From NCBI GenBank assembly GCA_038729445.1, contig JAVYSA010000001.1:12300-76299 (forward strand): 64,000 nucleotides of DNA, given 5' to 3'. The position numbers and the translations under genes are program-made. Source of the DNA: Thermoplasmata archaeon (GTDB lineage: Archaea; Thermoplasmatota; Thermoplasmata; Lutacidiplasmatales; UBA184). The notes under the pieces were generated by a model. It had not been told where the DNA came from. It made no database searches and saw only the letters and a program-made list of their open reading frames with translations. Below are positions 16,392 through 26,579 of this stretch, one piece after another (the stretch's first letter is position 1; every line of letters starts with the position of its first letter).

Positions 16392-18977
16392 ATGGACCCC
16401 CGGGAGTACGACCTGGCGTTCTTCCACCGCGAGGGGATGCACCGCCGCGTCTGCCGCCACTGTGGCCACGCCTTCTGGACCCTCGGCGATCACGACCGCT
16501 GCCAGGAGGCCCCCTGCCAGGAGTACGCCTTCGTGGGCCACTCCCCCTTCCGCCGGCCCTACGCGGTCGACGAGATGCGGGAGGCCTACCTGCGGTTCTT
16601 CGAGCGGCGAGGGCACACCCGGCTCGCCCGGTACCCGGTGGTCGCCCGGTGGCGCAACGACGTCTTCTTCACCCAGGCGAGCGTCTACGACTTCCAGCCG
16701 TGGGTGACGAGCGGGGCGATCCCGCCGCCGGCGAACCCGCTGACCATCTCCCAGCCGTGCCTGCGCTTCGTCGACCTCGAGGAGGTCGGCCGCAGCGGGC
16801 GGCACTTCACCCTGTTCGAGATGATGGCCCACCACGCCTTCAACCGTCCCGACCACGAGGTCTACTTCAAGGACCGCTGCACCGCCCTCTGCCACGAGCT
16901 GCTCACGGAGGAGTTCGGCGTCGACCCCCGAGCGATCACGTACAAGGAGGAGGAGTGGGAGGGCGGCGGGAACCTCGGTCCGTCGCTGAGCGTCGGTGTC
17001 GGCGGCCTCGAGGTCGCCACCCTCGTGTTCATGGAGTACATCCGCGAGGGGGACCGGATCCGCCCGATGCCGATCACGGTGGTGGACACCGGCTACGGCC
17101 TCGAGCGGTACACCTGGATCAGCCAGGGGACGAAGACCGCCTACGAGGCCGTCTTCGCCGGTCCGTACGAGGAGCTCCGCCAGTCCCTTCCGGCGTACGA
17201 GGCGAGCGTCGTGATCGACCACGCGCGGGCGCTCAACTTCATGCTCACCGACGGGGTCGTCCCCTCCAACGCGAAGGAGGGGTACTTCGCGCGCCTGCTC
17301 ATCCGCCGGGCCCTCCGCCTCCTCGCCCGGGCCGGGGACCCGGTCGACCTGATCGCCGTCATCGACCGTGTCGGACGGGACCTCGCCCGGACCTTTCCCG
17401 AGATCGGGCGCCACCGGGACGATCGCGACCAGATCCTCGCCGCCGAGATCGAGCGGTTCCGCGAGGCGATCGAACGCGCGCGCCCGATCCTGCGCCGGCA
17501 GGAGGAGCGGCTGGCGGCCCAAGGACGCTCCCCCGGCACCGAGGAGCTTGTGGAGTGGTACGACTCCCTGGGGATCCCCCCGGACGTCGCCGCGGGCCTG
17601 CTCCAACGGCCACCTCCGGTCCCCGAGAACTTCTACCAGCTGGCGGCCGACCGGCACGCCCAGGAAGCCCCCGCGAACGACTACCAGGAGCGCGGCGACG
17701 GGCTTCCCGAGGTCCCCGCGACCGTCCCCCCGACAGAGGTCGGCTACCCGCTCGACCCGTACACCCTCACCTTCGACGCGCGGGTCGTCTGGGCGGAGGG
17801 GCCGTTCGTCGTCCTCGACCGGACCTACTTCTACCCCACCGGAGGCGGCCAGCTCCACGACACGGGGACGCTGGGCGACGCGGCGGTGGTCGACGTCGTC
17901 CGACGCGGGCCGCACGTCCTCCACCGCCTCGACCGGGCCGCCACCGCCCGCGTCGGGGAGCGGCAGCACGGCCGCATCGACGCGGCGCGCCGGACGCAGC
18001 TCATGCAGCACCACACGGCGACCCACATCATCAACGGGACCCTGCGCACGATGCTCGGCCCGCACGTCTGGCAGGCCGGCGCCTACAAGGGCCCGGAGCT
18101 CGCCCGGATCGATGTGACGCACTACCGCCCCCTCAGCGACGAGGAGCTCTGGGCGCTCGAGCGCCGGATCAACGAGGTCGTCCGGGAGAACCACCCCGTC
18201 CGCAGCTACTTCGAGCCGCGGACGGAGGCCGAGCGCCGCTTCGGGTTCACGCTCTACCAGGGGGGAGCCGTCCCCGGCAAGGAGCTGCGGATCGTGGAGA
18301 TCGAGGGGGTCGATGTCGAGGCGTGCGGCGGGACCCACTGCACGCACACGAGCGAGGTCGGCGCCATCGACATCCTGTCGGTCGAGCGGATCCAGGACGG
18401 GGTCCTGCGGCTGACCTATGCGAGCGGCCTTCGGGCGCTCGAGCTGCGCCGCGAGCGGGACCGGGCGCTCCGGGAAGCGGCCCGCCAGCTCGGGGTCCCT
18501 CCCGAGCGCGTCCCCGAGGGGGTCCAACGCCTGCTCGAGGAGCGGGACGCGGCCCGGCGCCAGGAGCAGGAGCGGCGCCGGGAGGGGCTCGACGAGGTCG
18601 CCCGGCGGCTCCTCGACGACCCGGCCGCCACCGTGACGGACGGCGGCCGGACCGTCGTCGCCGCGACGGTCGAGCTCGACCGGAAGGGGCTCGGGGAGCT
18701 CTCCCGGAGGATCTGCGCCATCCCCGGCCGGGTCGCCGTCCTCGCCGCCACCGGGGACGGCCGGGGCACGCTCTTCGTCGGATCGAGCGCCCCGGAGCGC
18801 TCCGCGGTGGCGATCCTCGGCACGGCGATGCCGCTCTTCGCGGGGAAGGGGGGCGGCAACCCGTCGGCCGCGACGGCCGTCGGCGAGCCGGGGGAGCCCC
18901 TCCGCCGCGCCCTTGCGACGGCACGTGAGGCGGCGCTCCGGGGCCGGATCCCGCCCCCGGCCGCCGGCGGAGGCTAG
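16392..18977 (+). CDS. alaS: Alanine--tRNA ligase (archaeal type)
   Basis: YPVVARWR, ASVYDFQP, QPCLRF, VGRSGRH, FEMMAHHAF, DTGYGLER, FYPTGGGQ, HTATH, EACGGTH, GKGGG. Confidence 0.97.
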   Translation: MDPREYDLAFFHREGMHRRVCRHCGHAFWTLGDHDRCQEAPCQEYAFVGHSPFRRPYAVDEMREAYLRFFERRGHTRLARYPVVARWRNDVFFTQASVYDFQPWVTSGAIPPPANPLTISQPCLRFVDLEEVGRSGRHFTLFEMMAHHAFNRPDHEVYFKDRCTALCHELLTEEFGVDPRAITYKEEEWEGGGNLGPSLSVGVGGLEVATLVFMEYIREGDRIRPMPITVVDTGYGLERYTWISQGTKTAYEAVFAGPYEELRQSLPAYEASVVIDHARALNFMLTDGVVPSNAKEGYFARLLIRRALRLLARAGDPVDLIAVIDRVGRDLARTFPEIGRHRDDRDQILAAEIERFREAIERARPILRRQEERLAAQGRSPGTEELVEWYDSLGIPPDVAAGLLQRPPPVPENFYQLAADRHAQEAPANDYQERGDGLPEVPATVPPTEVGYPLDPYTLTFDARVVWAEGPFVVLDRTYFYPTGGGQLHDTGTLGDAAVVDVVRRGPHVLHRLDRAATARVGERQHGRIDAARRTQLMQHHTATHIINGTLRTMLGPHVWQAGAYKGPELARIDVTHYRPLSDEELWALERRINEVVRENHPVRSYFEPRTEAERRFGFTLYQGGAVPGKELRIVEIEGVDVEACGGTHCTHTSEVGAIDILSVERIQDGVLRLTYASGLRALELRRERDRALREAARQLGVPPERVPEGVQRLLEERDAARRQEQERRREGLDEVARRLLDDPAATVTDGGRTVVAATVELDRKGLGELSRRICAIPGRVAVLAATGDGRGTLFVGSSAPERSAVAILGTAMPLFAGKGGGNPSAATAVGEPGEPLRRALATAREAALRGRIPPPAAGGG

Positions 18978-19630
18978 CCCACCCCGGCGAGAAGGGGCGG
19001 GACGAGCAGGGCGAGGACGGTCAGGGCGACCCCCGGCACCAGGGTCATCGCGAGGTCGTCGTCGACGTACGTCCACGTCGGCGCCTCCGCCGCCAGGGCG
19101 AGGATCGCGGCGAGCACCGCCAGGCCCGCGGCGGGGAGGAGCGGCACCGGCCCCGCGACGGCAAGGGAGCCGAGGGCGATCGCCCCGTAGGCGGCCCCGG
19201 CCAGCCATGGATAGCCGGCCGACCAGCGGGGGCTTGCCCGCAGCTCCCCCGCGATCGGGTCGACCAGGGCGGTGCCGAGGATCACCGCGATGGCGATCGG
19301 GCGGGGGAAGGCGAGCGCGCTCGCGACGATCGCGCCGCCGAAGTAGGCATAGCTCGCCGGCCGGCGGGCCTCGTACGGTCGGGTCACCGGCAGCTCGATG
19401 CGCCCCGTCAACCGGAGGCCCTCGAGGAGCGCCAAGGCCGCGAGGGCGGCGAAGGGGATCGCCGCGTTCGGGACCGGTCCGAGCGCCCCGGCGGGGAGCG
19501 CGAAGTAGACGACCGAGGCCCCCGCGAGGCCGTGGAGGATCCGGCGCCAGGCGCGGTCCCCGAGCGCCGCGTCCCCCCCGAGCCGGCGCCCGAGCCACGC
19601 CCGGAACCGCCCCCCCCGGTGGAGCCGCAT
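18974..19630 (-). CDS. Dolichol/phytol kinase-like membrane protein
   Basis: Multi-TM; RRILH, RPYE, DPIAG, EA...DDDLAM resemble the CTP-dependent isoprenoid alcohol kinase family. Confidence 0.6.
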   Translation of the reverse strand: MRLHRGGRFRAWLGRRLGGDAALGDRAWRRILHGLAGASVVYFALPAGALGPVPNAAIPFAALAALALLEGLRLTGRIELPVTRPYEARRPASYAYFGGAIVASALAFPRPIAIAVILGTALVDPIAGELRASPRWSAGYPWLAGAAYGAIALGSLAVAGPVPLLPAAGLAVLAAILALAAEAPTWTYVDDDLAMTLVPGVALTVLALLVPPLLAGVG

Positions 19631-19714
19631 GAGGCGCTCGCTACGCCCGGCGGGGGTTATGGCCGTTGGCCCGGCCGCCCGTCATCTATTAGACGGTCCG
19701 CCCATGGCCCCGGC

Positions 19715-20170
19715 ATGAAGGTCGCCATCCTGGTGGGGAGCAAGTCCGACCTTGAGATCGCGGAAAAGTCCCGCGCTCGGGTGGTCGAGCTCGGGGTGCC
19801 GTGCGAGGTGCATGTGGCGAGCGCGCACCGGACTCCGGAGAAGGTCGACCGGATCGTCCGGGATCCGGAGACCGACGTCTTCATCGCGATGGCCGGGCTT
19901 TCCGCGGCCCTTCCCGGGGCGGTCGCCGCGCGGACGACCAAGCCGGTGATCGGGGTGCCGCTCCACCGCGGCCTCGGCCTCGACAGCCTGCTCAGCGTCG
20001 TCCAGATGCCCCCCGGCGTCCCCGTGGCGGCCGTGGGGCTCGACGCGGCGGAGAACGCCGCGCTGCTCGCGGTGGAGATCCTCGCGCTCAAGGAGCCGGC
20101 CCTCGCCGCCGCGCTCGACCGGTATCGGGCCAAGTGGCGGGAGGACGCGCCGGCGGGACCCAAGGCGTGA
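19715..20170 (+). CDS. purE: N5-carboxyaminoimidazole ribonucleotide mutase / AIR carboxylase
   Basis: MKVAILVGSKSD, SAHRTP, AGLSAALPG, PVIGVP, DSLLSVVQMPPGVPVA. Confidence 0.96.
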   Translation: MKVAILVGSKSDLEIAEKSRARVVELGVPCEVHVASAHRTPEKVDRIVRDPETDVFIAMAGLSAALPGAVAARTTKPVIGVPLHRGLGLDSLLSVVQMPPGVPVAAVGLDAAENAALLAVEILALKEPALAAALDRYRAKWREDAPAGPKA

Positions 20171-21114
20171 TCGATCCGGCCCGGTTCGTCGCGGAGGCCG
20201 AGGAGCGCCTGCGCCGGGAGGTCCCCGGCCGTACGATCGTCGCCGCCTCGGGCGGGATCGACTCGACGGTCGCCGCCCGTCTGGCCGCCGACGCGCTGGG
20301 GGAGAGGGCCCGGGCGATCTTCGTCGACACGGGGCTCTTGCGCGAGGGGGAGGTCGAGGCCACCCGACGGCACGCCGCCGAGGCCGGGGTGCCCCTGACG
20401 GTCGTCGACGCACGGGACCGGTTCTTCGGGACCCTCCAGGGGGTCACCGATCCGGAGGAGAAGCGGCGTCGGATCGGGGCCGCGTTCATCCGGCTGTTCG
20501 AGGCGGAGGCGGCCCGGTTCGGCACCGACCGGCTGGTCCAGGGGACGATCGCACCGGACTGGATCGAGAGCGGGGGGGGGAGCCGGGACACGATCAAGAG
20601 CCACCACAACGTCGGCGGGGTGCCGAAGGACAGCGGCCTGACCCTGGTCGAGCCGCTGCGGGACCTCTACAAGGACGAGGTGCGCGCCGTCGCCCGGCAC
20701 CTCGGCATACCGGACCCCGACCGCCAGCCGTTCCCGGGGCCAGGGCTCGCCGTCCGGGTCGTCGGCGAGGTCACCGAGGAGCGGGTCCGGCGGGCTCGGG
20801 TGGCGAACCGGATCGTCGCGGAGGAGGTCGACGCCGCCGTCGCCGCGGGCGCGTTGCCCCGCCCCTGGCAGTACTTCGCGGTCCTCCTGCCGGTCCGCTC
20901 CGTGGGGGTCCTCGGGGACAACCGGGTCCACGGGGAGGTCGTCTCGGTGCGGATCGTCGCCTCCTCCGACGCGATGGCGGCCCGGGCGGTCGACCCGCCG
21001 GGCGACCTGGTGCGCCGGATCGCCGAGCGGGTCACCCGGGAGCTCCCCCGCGAGGTCGTCCGGGTCCTCTACGACTGGACCGACAAGCCCCCGGCGACGA
21101 TCGAGTGGGAGTGA
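20167..21114 (+). CDS. guaAB: GMP synthase subunit B (ATP pyrophosphatase)
   Basis: SGGIDS, DTGLLR, DPEEKRRRIG, QGTIAPDWIES, IKSHHNVGG, PFPGPGL, KPPATIEWE. Confidence 0.95.
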   Translation: MIDPARFVAEAEERLRREVPGRTIVAASGGIDSTVAARLAADALGERARAIFVDTGLLREGEVEATRRHAAEAGVPLTVVDARDRFFGTLQGVTDPEEKRRRIGAAFIRLFEAEAARFGTDRLVQGTIAPDWIESGGGSRDTIKSHHNVGGVPKDSGLTLVEPLRDLYKDEVRAVARHLGIPDPDRQPFPGPGLAVRVVGEVTEERVRRARVANRIVAEEVDAAVAAGALPRPWQYFAVLLPVRSVGVLGDNRVHGEVVSVRIVASSDAMAARAVDPPGDLVRRIAERVTRELPREVVRVLYDWTDKPPATIEWE

Positions 21115-21127
21115 GGGCCGGGCCCGG

Positions 21128-23032
21128 CTAGACGAGGCGGACGGCCTCGAGGTTGTACGGGACGCGGGTCTCGAGGTTGAACCGCTTGTGGAGGCCGCTC
21201 GCGAGGTCGAGCGCGTTCCCCTCGTCGCCGTGGTTGACGAGCACCCGCTGGGGACGGGGGTCGACCGACGCCACGTAGTTCATCAGCTGGGCGCGGTCGG
21301 AGTGGCCGCTGAACCCCTCGATCGTCGCGAGCTCGAGGCGGACCGGGATCGGGACCTGGCGGGGACCGTCCATGAACGTCGTCTCGGTCACCCCGCGCTG
21401 GAGCCGGCGGCCGAACGTCCCGTCGGCCTGGTAGCCGACGAAGACGAGCGCGTTCTCCGGGACGCCGGACCAGGCCCGGAAGTACTCCATCACCGGGCCG
21501 CCGCTCATCATTCCGGACGTCGCGAGGACGATGCACGGCTCCTTCGAGTCGATCACGTCGCTGCGCATCTGGGCGGAATCGACCCGGTGGAAGATGTCGG
21601 AGAGGAACGGGTTGTCGCCCTGCTGGAAGATCTGCGTGCGAAGCTGGCTGTTGAGGAACTCCGGATAGGCCGTGTGGATCGCCGTCGCCTCGAAGATCAT
21701 CCCGTCCAGGTAGACCGGCACCCGCGGGATCTCCCCCCGCCGCATCTTGTCCTCCAGGACGAGCATGACCTCCTGCGACCGCCCGACGGCGAAGACGGGG
21801 ACGAGCAGCTTGCCGCGGCGGGCCAGGACCTTGTTCGCGAGGGCGGTCAGGCTCTCCGTCGCCTCGGCGCGGCTCGGCTGGAAGTCGCGGTAGCCGCCGT
21901 AGGTCGACTCGATGACGAGGGCCTCGAGCCGGGGGAACCGGTTGTTCGCCGGATTGAACAGCCAGGTCCGCTCGAACTTCATGTCCCCGGTGTAGGCGAG
22001 GTTGTAGTCCCCGTCGCCGAGGTGGAAGTGGCAGATCGAGGAGCCGAGGATGTGGCCGGCGTTGTGCAGGGTCAGCCGCACGTCGGGGGCGATGTCGGTC
22101 GTCTCCCCCCAGCGGAGAGGGATCGTCCGGGCGACCAGGTCCCGGACGTGGGAGGAGTCGTAGAGCCCCTTGCGGGCCTCGGCGTTGACGACCTTGATCG
22201 CGTCGAGGAGCATCAGGGTCATCAGGTCGCGCGTCGGCGCCGTGCAGTAGATCGGCCCCTTGTAGCCGTACTTGAGCAGGACCGGCACGAGCCCGCAGTG
22301 GTCGAGGTGGGCGTGCGTCACCACCACGGCGTCGAGCGAGTCCAGGGGCAGGAGCTCCGGCGCGCTGAAGAACGGGGTGCGGTCGGAGCCCGGGTCGAGG
22401 CCGCAGTCGATCAGGATCTTCGAGTTCTGCGTCGACAGGAGGCTCGCGCTGCGGCCGACCTCGCGGTACCCGCCGAGGGCGGTCGACCGGGCCCAGATCT
22501 TCTCCGGCAGGCGCTCCCGGGCGATCCGGACGCCGACCTTGCGCAGGAAGCTCCGCCGCTCGTCGGCGACGTTGCGCAGGTGCACCCGGACCTCCTCGAC
22601 GGTCTTCGAGGGGATCGGGGGGGTCCGGACGACCGTCGGGATCCATCCGATGCGGCGCTTGAGGTCGTTGAGGACCGAGCCGGCCCGGCCGATGACGACC
22701 CCGGGGTTGGCGGCCTCGATCGTCACCTCGCCGGTCTCGGGCTCGAAGAAGAGCTGGTTGATCTCGGCCTCGGCCGGGATCGTCTCCCGGACGATCCTCT
22801 CCGCCTCCCTCGGGTCGATCAGGCTCTCCGGGTCCGCCCGGACGAGGACCCGCCGGTGGAGCCGCTGCGCGACCTGGCGGAGCAGGTCTCCCCCGTTGAG
22901 GAACGCCTCGAGCTGCCGGGTGTAGAGGACGACGTGGGGGCCCTCGAGCTCCACGTCGGTGACCTCGATGGCCTCCGGCAGGACCTCCTTCAGGGCGTCC
23001 CGCGTCTGGCCGATTAGGGATTCGTAACTCAT
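21128..23032 (-). CDS. fttA: aCPSF1/FttA beta-CASP ribonuclease with KH domains (transcription termination factor)
   Basis: KH region (PGVVIGRAG), LGGYREVGRS, THAHLDH, NAGHILGS, ESTYGG, FAVGRSQE, GFSGHSD, NHG. Confidence 0.95.
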   Translation of the reverse strand: MSYESLIGQTRDALKEVLPEAIEVTDVELEGPHVVLYTRQLEAFLNGGDLLRQVAQRLHRRVLVRADPESLIDPREAERIVRETIPAEAEINQLFFEPETGEVTIEAANPGVVIGRAGSVLNDLKRRIGWIPTVVRTPPIPSKTVEEVRVHLRNVADERRSFLRKVGVRIARERLPEKIWARSTALGGYREVGRSASLLSTQNSKILIDCGLDPGSDRTPFFSAPELLPLDSLDAVVVTHAHLDHCGLVPVLLKYGYKGPIYCTAPTRDLMTLMLLDAIKVVNAEARKGLYDSSHVRDLVARTIPLRWGETTDIAPDVRLTLHNAGHILGSSICHFHLGDGDYNLAYTGDMKFERTWLFNPANNRFPRLEALVIESTYGGYRDFQPSRAEATESLTALANKVLARRGKLLVPVFAVGRSQEVMLVLEDKMRRGEIPRVPVYLDGMIFEATAIHTAYPEFLNSQLRTQIFQQGDNPFLSDIFHRVDSAQMRSDVIDSKEPCIVLATSGMMSGGPVMEYFRAWSGVPENALVFVGYQADGTFGRRLQRGVTETTFMDGPRQVPIPVRLELATIEGFSGHSDRAQLMNYVASVDPRPQRVLVNHGDEGNALDLASGLHKRFNLETRVPYNLEAVRLV

Positions 23033-23084
23033 CCGTATCCGAAAGGGTTCAGGGAAGGGGTTGGCGCCCGGCCCGCGCGTGGCG

Positions 23085-23759
23085 CTACGGCAGCGGCGGG
23101 GGCAACGGGATCTTGAGAGATTTCAGACGCTTATTAATTTCGTCCTCGCCCAGCTCGCGGTACTCCTTGGCCGTGATCGCGTGGACGAGGTAGCCGTCGC
23201 CGCTGTAGGCGTCGCGGCGCATCGCGACGGTCAGGCCCCGCAGGGCCACGTCGACCGCGTCGCTGACGGTCAGGTCGCGGCTGTACGCCTCCTCGAGGAT
23301 CCCGTAGGCGGTCGTCGATCCGCTGCCGACCGAGACGAACCGGTCCTCGATCGAGCCCCCGATCGGATCGATCGAGTAGACGTGGCCGCCCTTCGCGTCG
23401 ACGCCCCCGAGGATCAGCCACGCGTAGAACGGGTACATGCGGTTGCCCGAGAGGATGTTCGAGAGGAGCGTCGCCGCCCCCTCCGCCGTGATCGGGGCGC
23501 TGCGCCGGAGCCGGTAGAGCGCGACCTCGGCCTTGAGGTAGCGGACCAGGGTCTGGGCGTCCCCGACCGAACCGGCGATCGTCACGCCGATGTTCGCGTC
23601 GATCCTGAACAGCTTGAACGTCTGCTTGTTCGCGATGAGGTTCCCCGCGGTCGCCCGCCGCTCCGACGCCAGGACGACCCCGTCCTTGGCGACCATGCCG
23701 ATCGTGGTCGTCCCCTTCAGGAACTGCTCCTCGTCCGCCGGCGAGATCCGGTGCGTCAT
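23085..23759 (-). CDS. psmB: Proteasome subunit beta
   Basis: Propeptide followed by G|TTTIG, AGSVGDAQ, GSGS, RDAYSGDG; conserved psmB-aCPSF1 pairing. Confidence 0.96.
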   Translation of the reverse strand: MTHRISPADEEQFLKGTTTIGMVAKDGVVLASERRATAGNLIANKQTFKLFRIDANIGVTIAGSVGDAQTLVRYLKAEVALYRLRRSAPITAEGAATLLSNILSGNRMYPFYAWLILGGVDAKGGHVYSIDPIGGSIEDRFVSVGSGSTTAYGILEEAYSRDLTVSDAVDVALRGLTVAMRRDAYSGDGYLVHAITAKEYRELGEDEINKRLKSLKIPLPPPLP

Positions 23760-23919
23760 GGGGTCCCCTTGCGCTCCGCGCGACCGACCGGGGGGCGCTA
23801 TATAACGGCTCACGGCGCCGTTACCGGCGCGTCACGTGGGGAACCGGGGGTACCGACGCGGGCGACCGGGCCGGTGCGACACGCATTAAAGCAGGAGCGG
23901 GTTCGGTGCGCCGGTCCGG

Positions 23920-25602
23920 ATGCGTCGGCACGAGGTCGTGGTGGTCGGCGCCGGTCTCGCGGGGCAGAGGGCCGCCCTCGCCGCCATCGAGGCCGGGCGC
24001 GATGTCGCCGTGGTGTCCAAGCTGCACCCGCTGCGGAGCCACTCGGGCGCCGCGCAGGGAGGGATCAACGCGGCGGTCGGGGCGGAGGACTCCGTGGACA
24101 CCCACATCTACGACACGGTCAAGGGGTCCGACTACCTGGGCGACCAGGACGCGATCGAGTTCTTCTGCCGCGAGGCCGGGCCGACCGTCGTCGAGATGGA
24201 GCACTTCGGCACGATCTTCAGCCGCTCCCCCGACGGCAGCCTCGCGCGGCGCCCGTTCGGGGGGGCCGGCTTCCCGCGGACGATCTACGCGGCGGACCGG
24301 ACCGGGCTCGCGCTCCTCCAGGCGATCTGGGAACGGCTCGGCACGGAGTCGACACGGCTGACCCTCTACCAGGAATGGGACCTCACCCGGATCGTGGTCC
24401 GGGACGGCGCGGTCCAAGGGATCGTCGCCTTCGACCGAAAGACCGGGGCCTTCGAGGGGATCGCCGCCTCCGCGGTCGTGATCGCCACCGGCCCGAGCGG
24501 CCGGATCTACGCCCGCACCACCAACGCCCACTCCTGCACCGGCGACGGGGTGGCGGCCGCCTACGAGGCCGGGGCCCTGCTGAAGGACATGGAGTTCGTG
24601 CAGTTCCACCCGACCGCACTCCCGGACAGCGGCATCCTGATCACGGAGGGGGCCCGGGGCGAGGGGGGGATCCTGAAGAACGCGACGGGGGAGCGGTTCA
24701 TGTCCCGCTACGCCCCCCACGTCCTCGAGCTCGCCTCGCGGGACGTCGTCTCCCGGGCGATCGCCACCGAGGTCGCCGAGGGACGCGGGTTCCCCGGAGG
24801 GTTCGCCCACCTCGAGCTGATGCATCTCGGCAAGGAGAAGATCGAGAGCCGGCTCCAGGAGATCTGCGACTTCTGCCGGAACTTCGCCGGCATCGACCCG
24901 GTGACGGAGCCGATCCCGGTCTACCCCGCGCAGCACTACATGATGGGGGGAATCGGCACCACCGCCCGGGGCGAGACGAACCTGCGCGGGCTCTATGCGG
25001 CCGGCGAGGCGGCGTGCGTGTCGATCCACGGGGCGAACCGCCTCGGGGGCAACTCGCTCTTGGAGACGCTCGTCTTCGGCAAGCAGGCCGGCATCGCCGC
25101 GGCGGAGTACGCGGCGTCGCGGAGCGACCGGCCGTCGGTGACGGAGGCGGACGTCGCCGCGTCGGAGGACCCGATCCGGGCGATGGCGGCCCGGCGGGAC
25201 GGCGAGGATCCCTCCGCGCTTCGGACCGAGATGCAGCAGACGATGGAGCGCTACGTCGGGATCTACCGCAACGAGGCCGACCTCCTCGAGGGGCTCCGAC
25301 GGATCCGCGCGCTCCGGCAGCGCTACGGATCGGTGCGGATCGTCGACCAGTCGCGCGTGTACAACCTCAACCTCACCGATGCCCTCGAGGTCGGCCACAT
25401 GCTCGAGCTCGCGGAGGTGATCGTCGTGGGCGCCTACGCCCGCACGGAGAGCCGGGGCGCCCATGCGCGCACCGACTACCCGAAGCGGGACGACGCCCAC
25501 TGGATGAAGCACACGCTCGCCCGGCGGACCGCGGCCGGCCCGGAGCTGTCCTACGGCCCGGTCGGCTACACCCGGTGGGAACCGAAGGAGAGGGTCTACT
25601 GA
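23920..25602 (+). CDS. sdhA: Succinate dehydrogenase/fumarate reductase flavoprotein subunit
   Basis: [19 protein letters not shown] (FAD-His), [51 protein letters not shown]. Confidence 0.95.
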   Translation: MRRHEVVVVGAGLAGQRAALAAIEAGRDVAVVSKLHPLRSHSGAAQGGINAAVGAEDSVDTHIYDTVKGSDYLGDQDAIEFFCREAGPTVVEMEHFGTIFSRSPDGSLARRPFGGAGFPRTIYAADRTGLALLQAIWERLGTESTRLTLYQEWDLTRIVVRDGAVQGIVAFDRKTGAFEGIAASAVVIATGPSGRIYARTTNAHSCTGDGVAAAYEAGALLKDMEFVQFHPTALPDSGILITEGARGEGGILKNATGERFMSRYAPHVLELASRDVVSRAIATEVAEGRGFPGGFAHLELMHLGKEKIESRLQEICDFCRNFAGIDPVTEPIPVYPAQHYMMGGIGTTARGETNLRGLYAAGEAACVSIHGANRLGGNSLLETLVFGKQAGIAAAEYAASRSDRPSVTEADVAASEDPIRAMAARRDGEDPSALRTEMQQTMERYVGIYRNEADLLEGLRRIRALRQRYGSVRIVDQSRVYNLNLTDALEVGHMLELAEVIVVGAYARTESRGAHARTDYPKRDDAHWMKHTLARRTAAGPELSYGPVGYTRWEPKERVY

Positions 25603-26579
25603 TGGCCGCGAAGACGATCTCGGCGCCGATCGATGTCTACCGGTACGACCCGAGCCGGGACGCCCGGCCCCGCTACGTCCGCTACACCGTCGAGGTCGAA
25701 CCCCACACGCCCGTATTGACCGCCCTCCTCGCGATCCGGGCGACGACCGACCCGACGCTCAGCCTTCGCTACTCCTGCCGCAGCGCGATCTGCGGCTCCT
25801 GCGCGATGCAGATCAACTCGAAGAGCCGGCTCGCCTGCCAGACCCCGGTCGGGCCGGAGCTCGAGCGGCACGGCCGCCTCGTCGTCGAACCGATGCGCAA
25901 CCAGGCCGTGATCCGGGACCTGGTGGTCGACCAGTCGTCGTTCTGGGAGAACTACCACCGGATCGAGCCGTTCCTCAAGCGGGACCCGAACCACCCGATG
26001 CCCGAGGGCCGCCCGACGCCGATGACCCCAAAGGAGGTCGAGAAGTTCTACGAGACCCCCCGCTGCATCGCCTGCGCCGCGTGCTACTCCGCCTGCCCGG
26101 CGGTCGAGAGCGATCCGGCGTTCCCCGGCCCGATGGCGCTCGCCAAGCTCTACCGGTTCGTGGTCGACCCGCGCGACGACGCACGGCACGAACGCCTCGT
26201 CCGGATCCAGACCTCGGGCCTGTGGCTGTGCCTGCGCTGCCACCTGTGCACCGAGGCCTGCCCGAAGGACGTCCGACCCTCGGAGCGGATCCGGGACCTC
26301 AAGGAGATGGCGATCGCCGAGCAGGGGGGGACCGAGCCGGGTTCCCGCCACGCGATCGGCTTCAAGGAGAACATCCGCGAGCGGGGGCTTCTGCAGGAGA
26401 TGAAGCTCGTGCGGCAGACCGACGGGATCGCCGGACTGGCCGGCCAGCTCGGCCAGGGCCTGCGGATCTGGCGGAAGAAGCCGGAGACGACGCGGCGGCC
26501 CCGGGCGATCGAGGACCGCGAGCAGCTCGACACCCTCTACGAGGAGCTCGATCGGCCGGCGACGGGAGGCGGGCAATGA
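25602..26579 (+). CDS. sdhB: Succinate dehydrogenase iron-sulfur subunit with C-terminal extension
   Basis: SCRSAICGSC...C ([2Fe-2S]), CIACAACYSACP, CLRCHLCTEACP. Confidence 0.93.
   Translation: MAAKTISAPIDVYRYDPSRDARPRYVRYTVEVEPHTPVLTALLAIRATTDPTLSLRYSCRSAICGSCAMQINSKSRLACQTPVGPELERHGRLVVEPMRNQAVIRDLVVDQSSFWENYHRIEPFLKRDPNHPMPEGRPTPMTPKEVEKFYETPRCIACAACYSACPAVESDPAFPGPMALAKLYRFVVDPRDDARHERLVRIQTSGLWLCLRCHLCTEACPKDVRPSERIRDLKEMAIAEQGGTEPGSRHAIGFKENIRERGLLQEMKLVRQTDGIAGLAGQLGQGLRIWRKKPETTRRPRAIEDREQLDTLYEELDRPATGGGQ

Noticed and set aside
23061..26579. Apparent 1172-aa fusion ending in SdhB
   Set aside because: The upstream part is stop-free junk overlapping psmB and sdhA. The real sdhB starts at ATG 25602.
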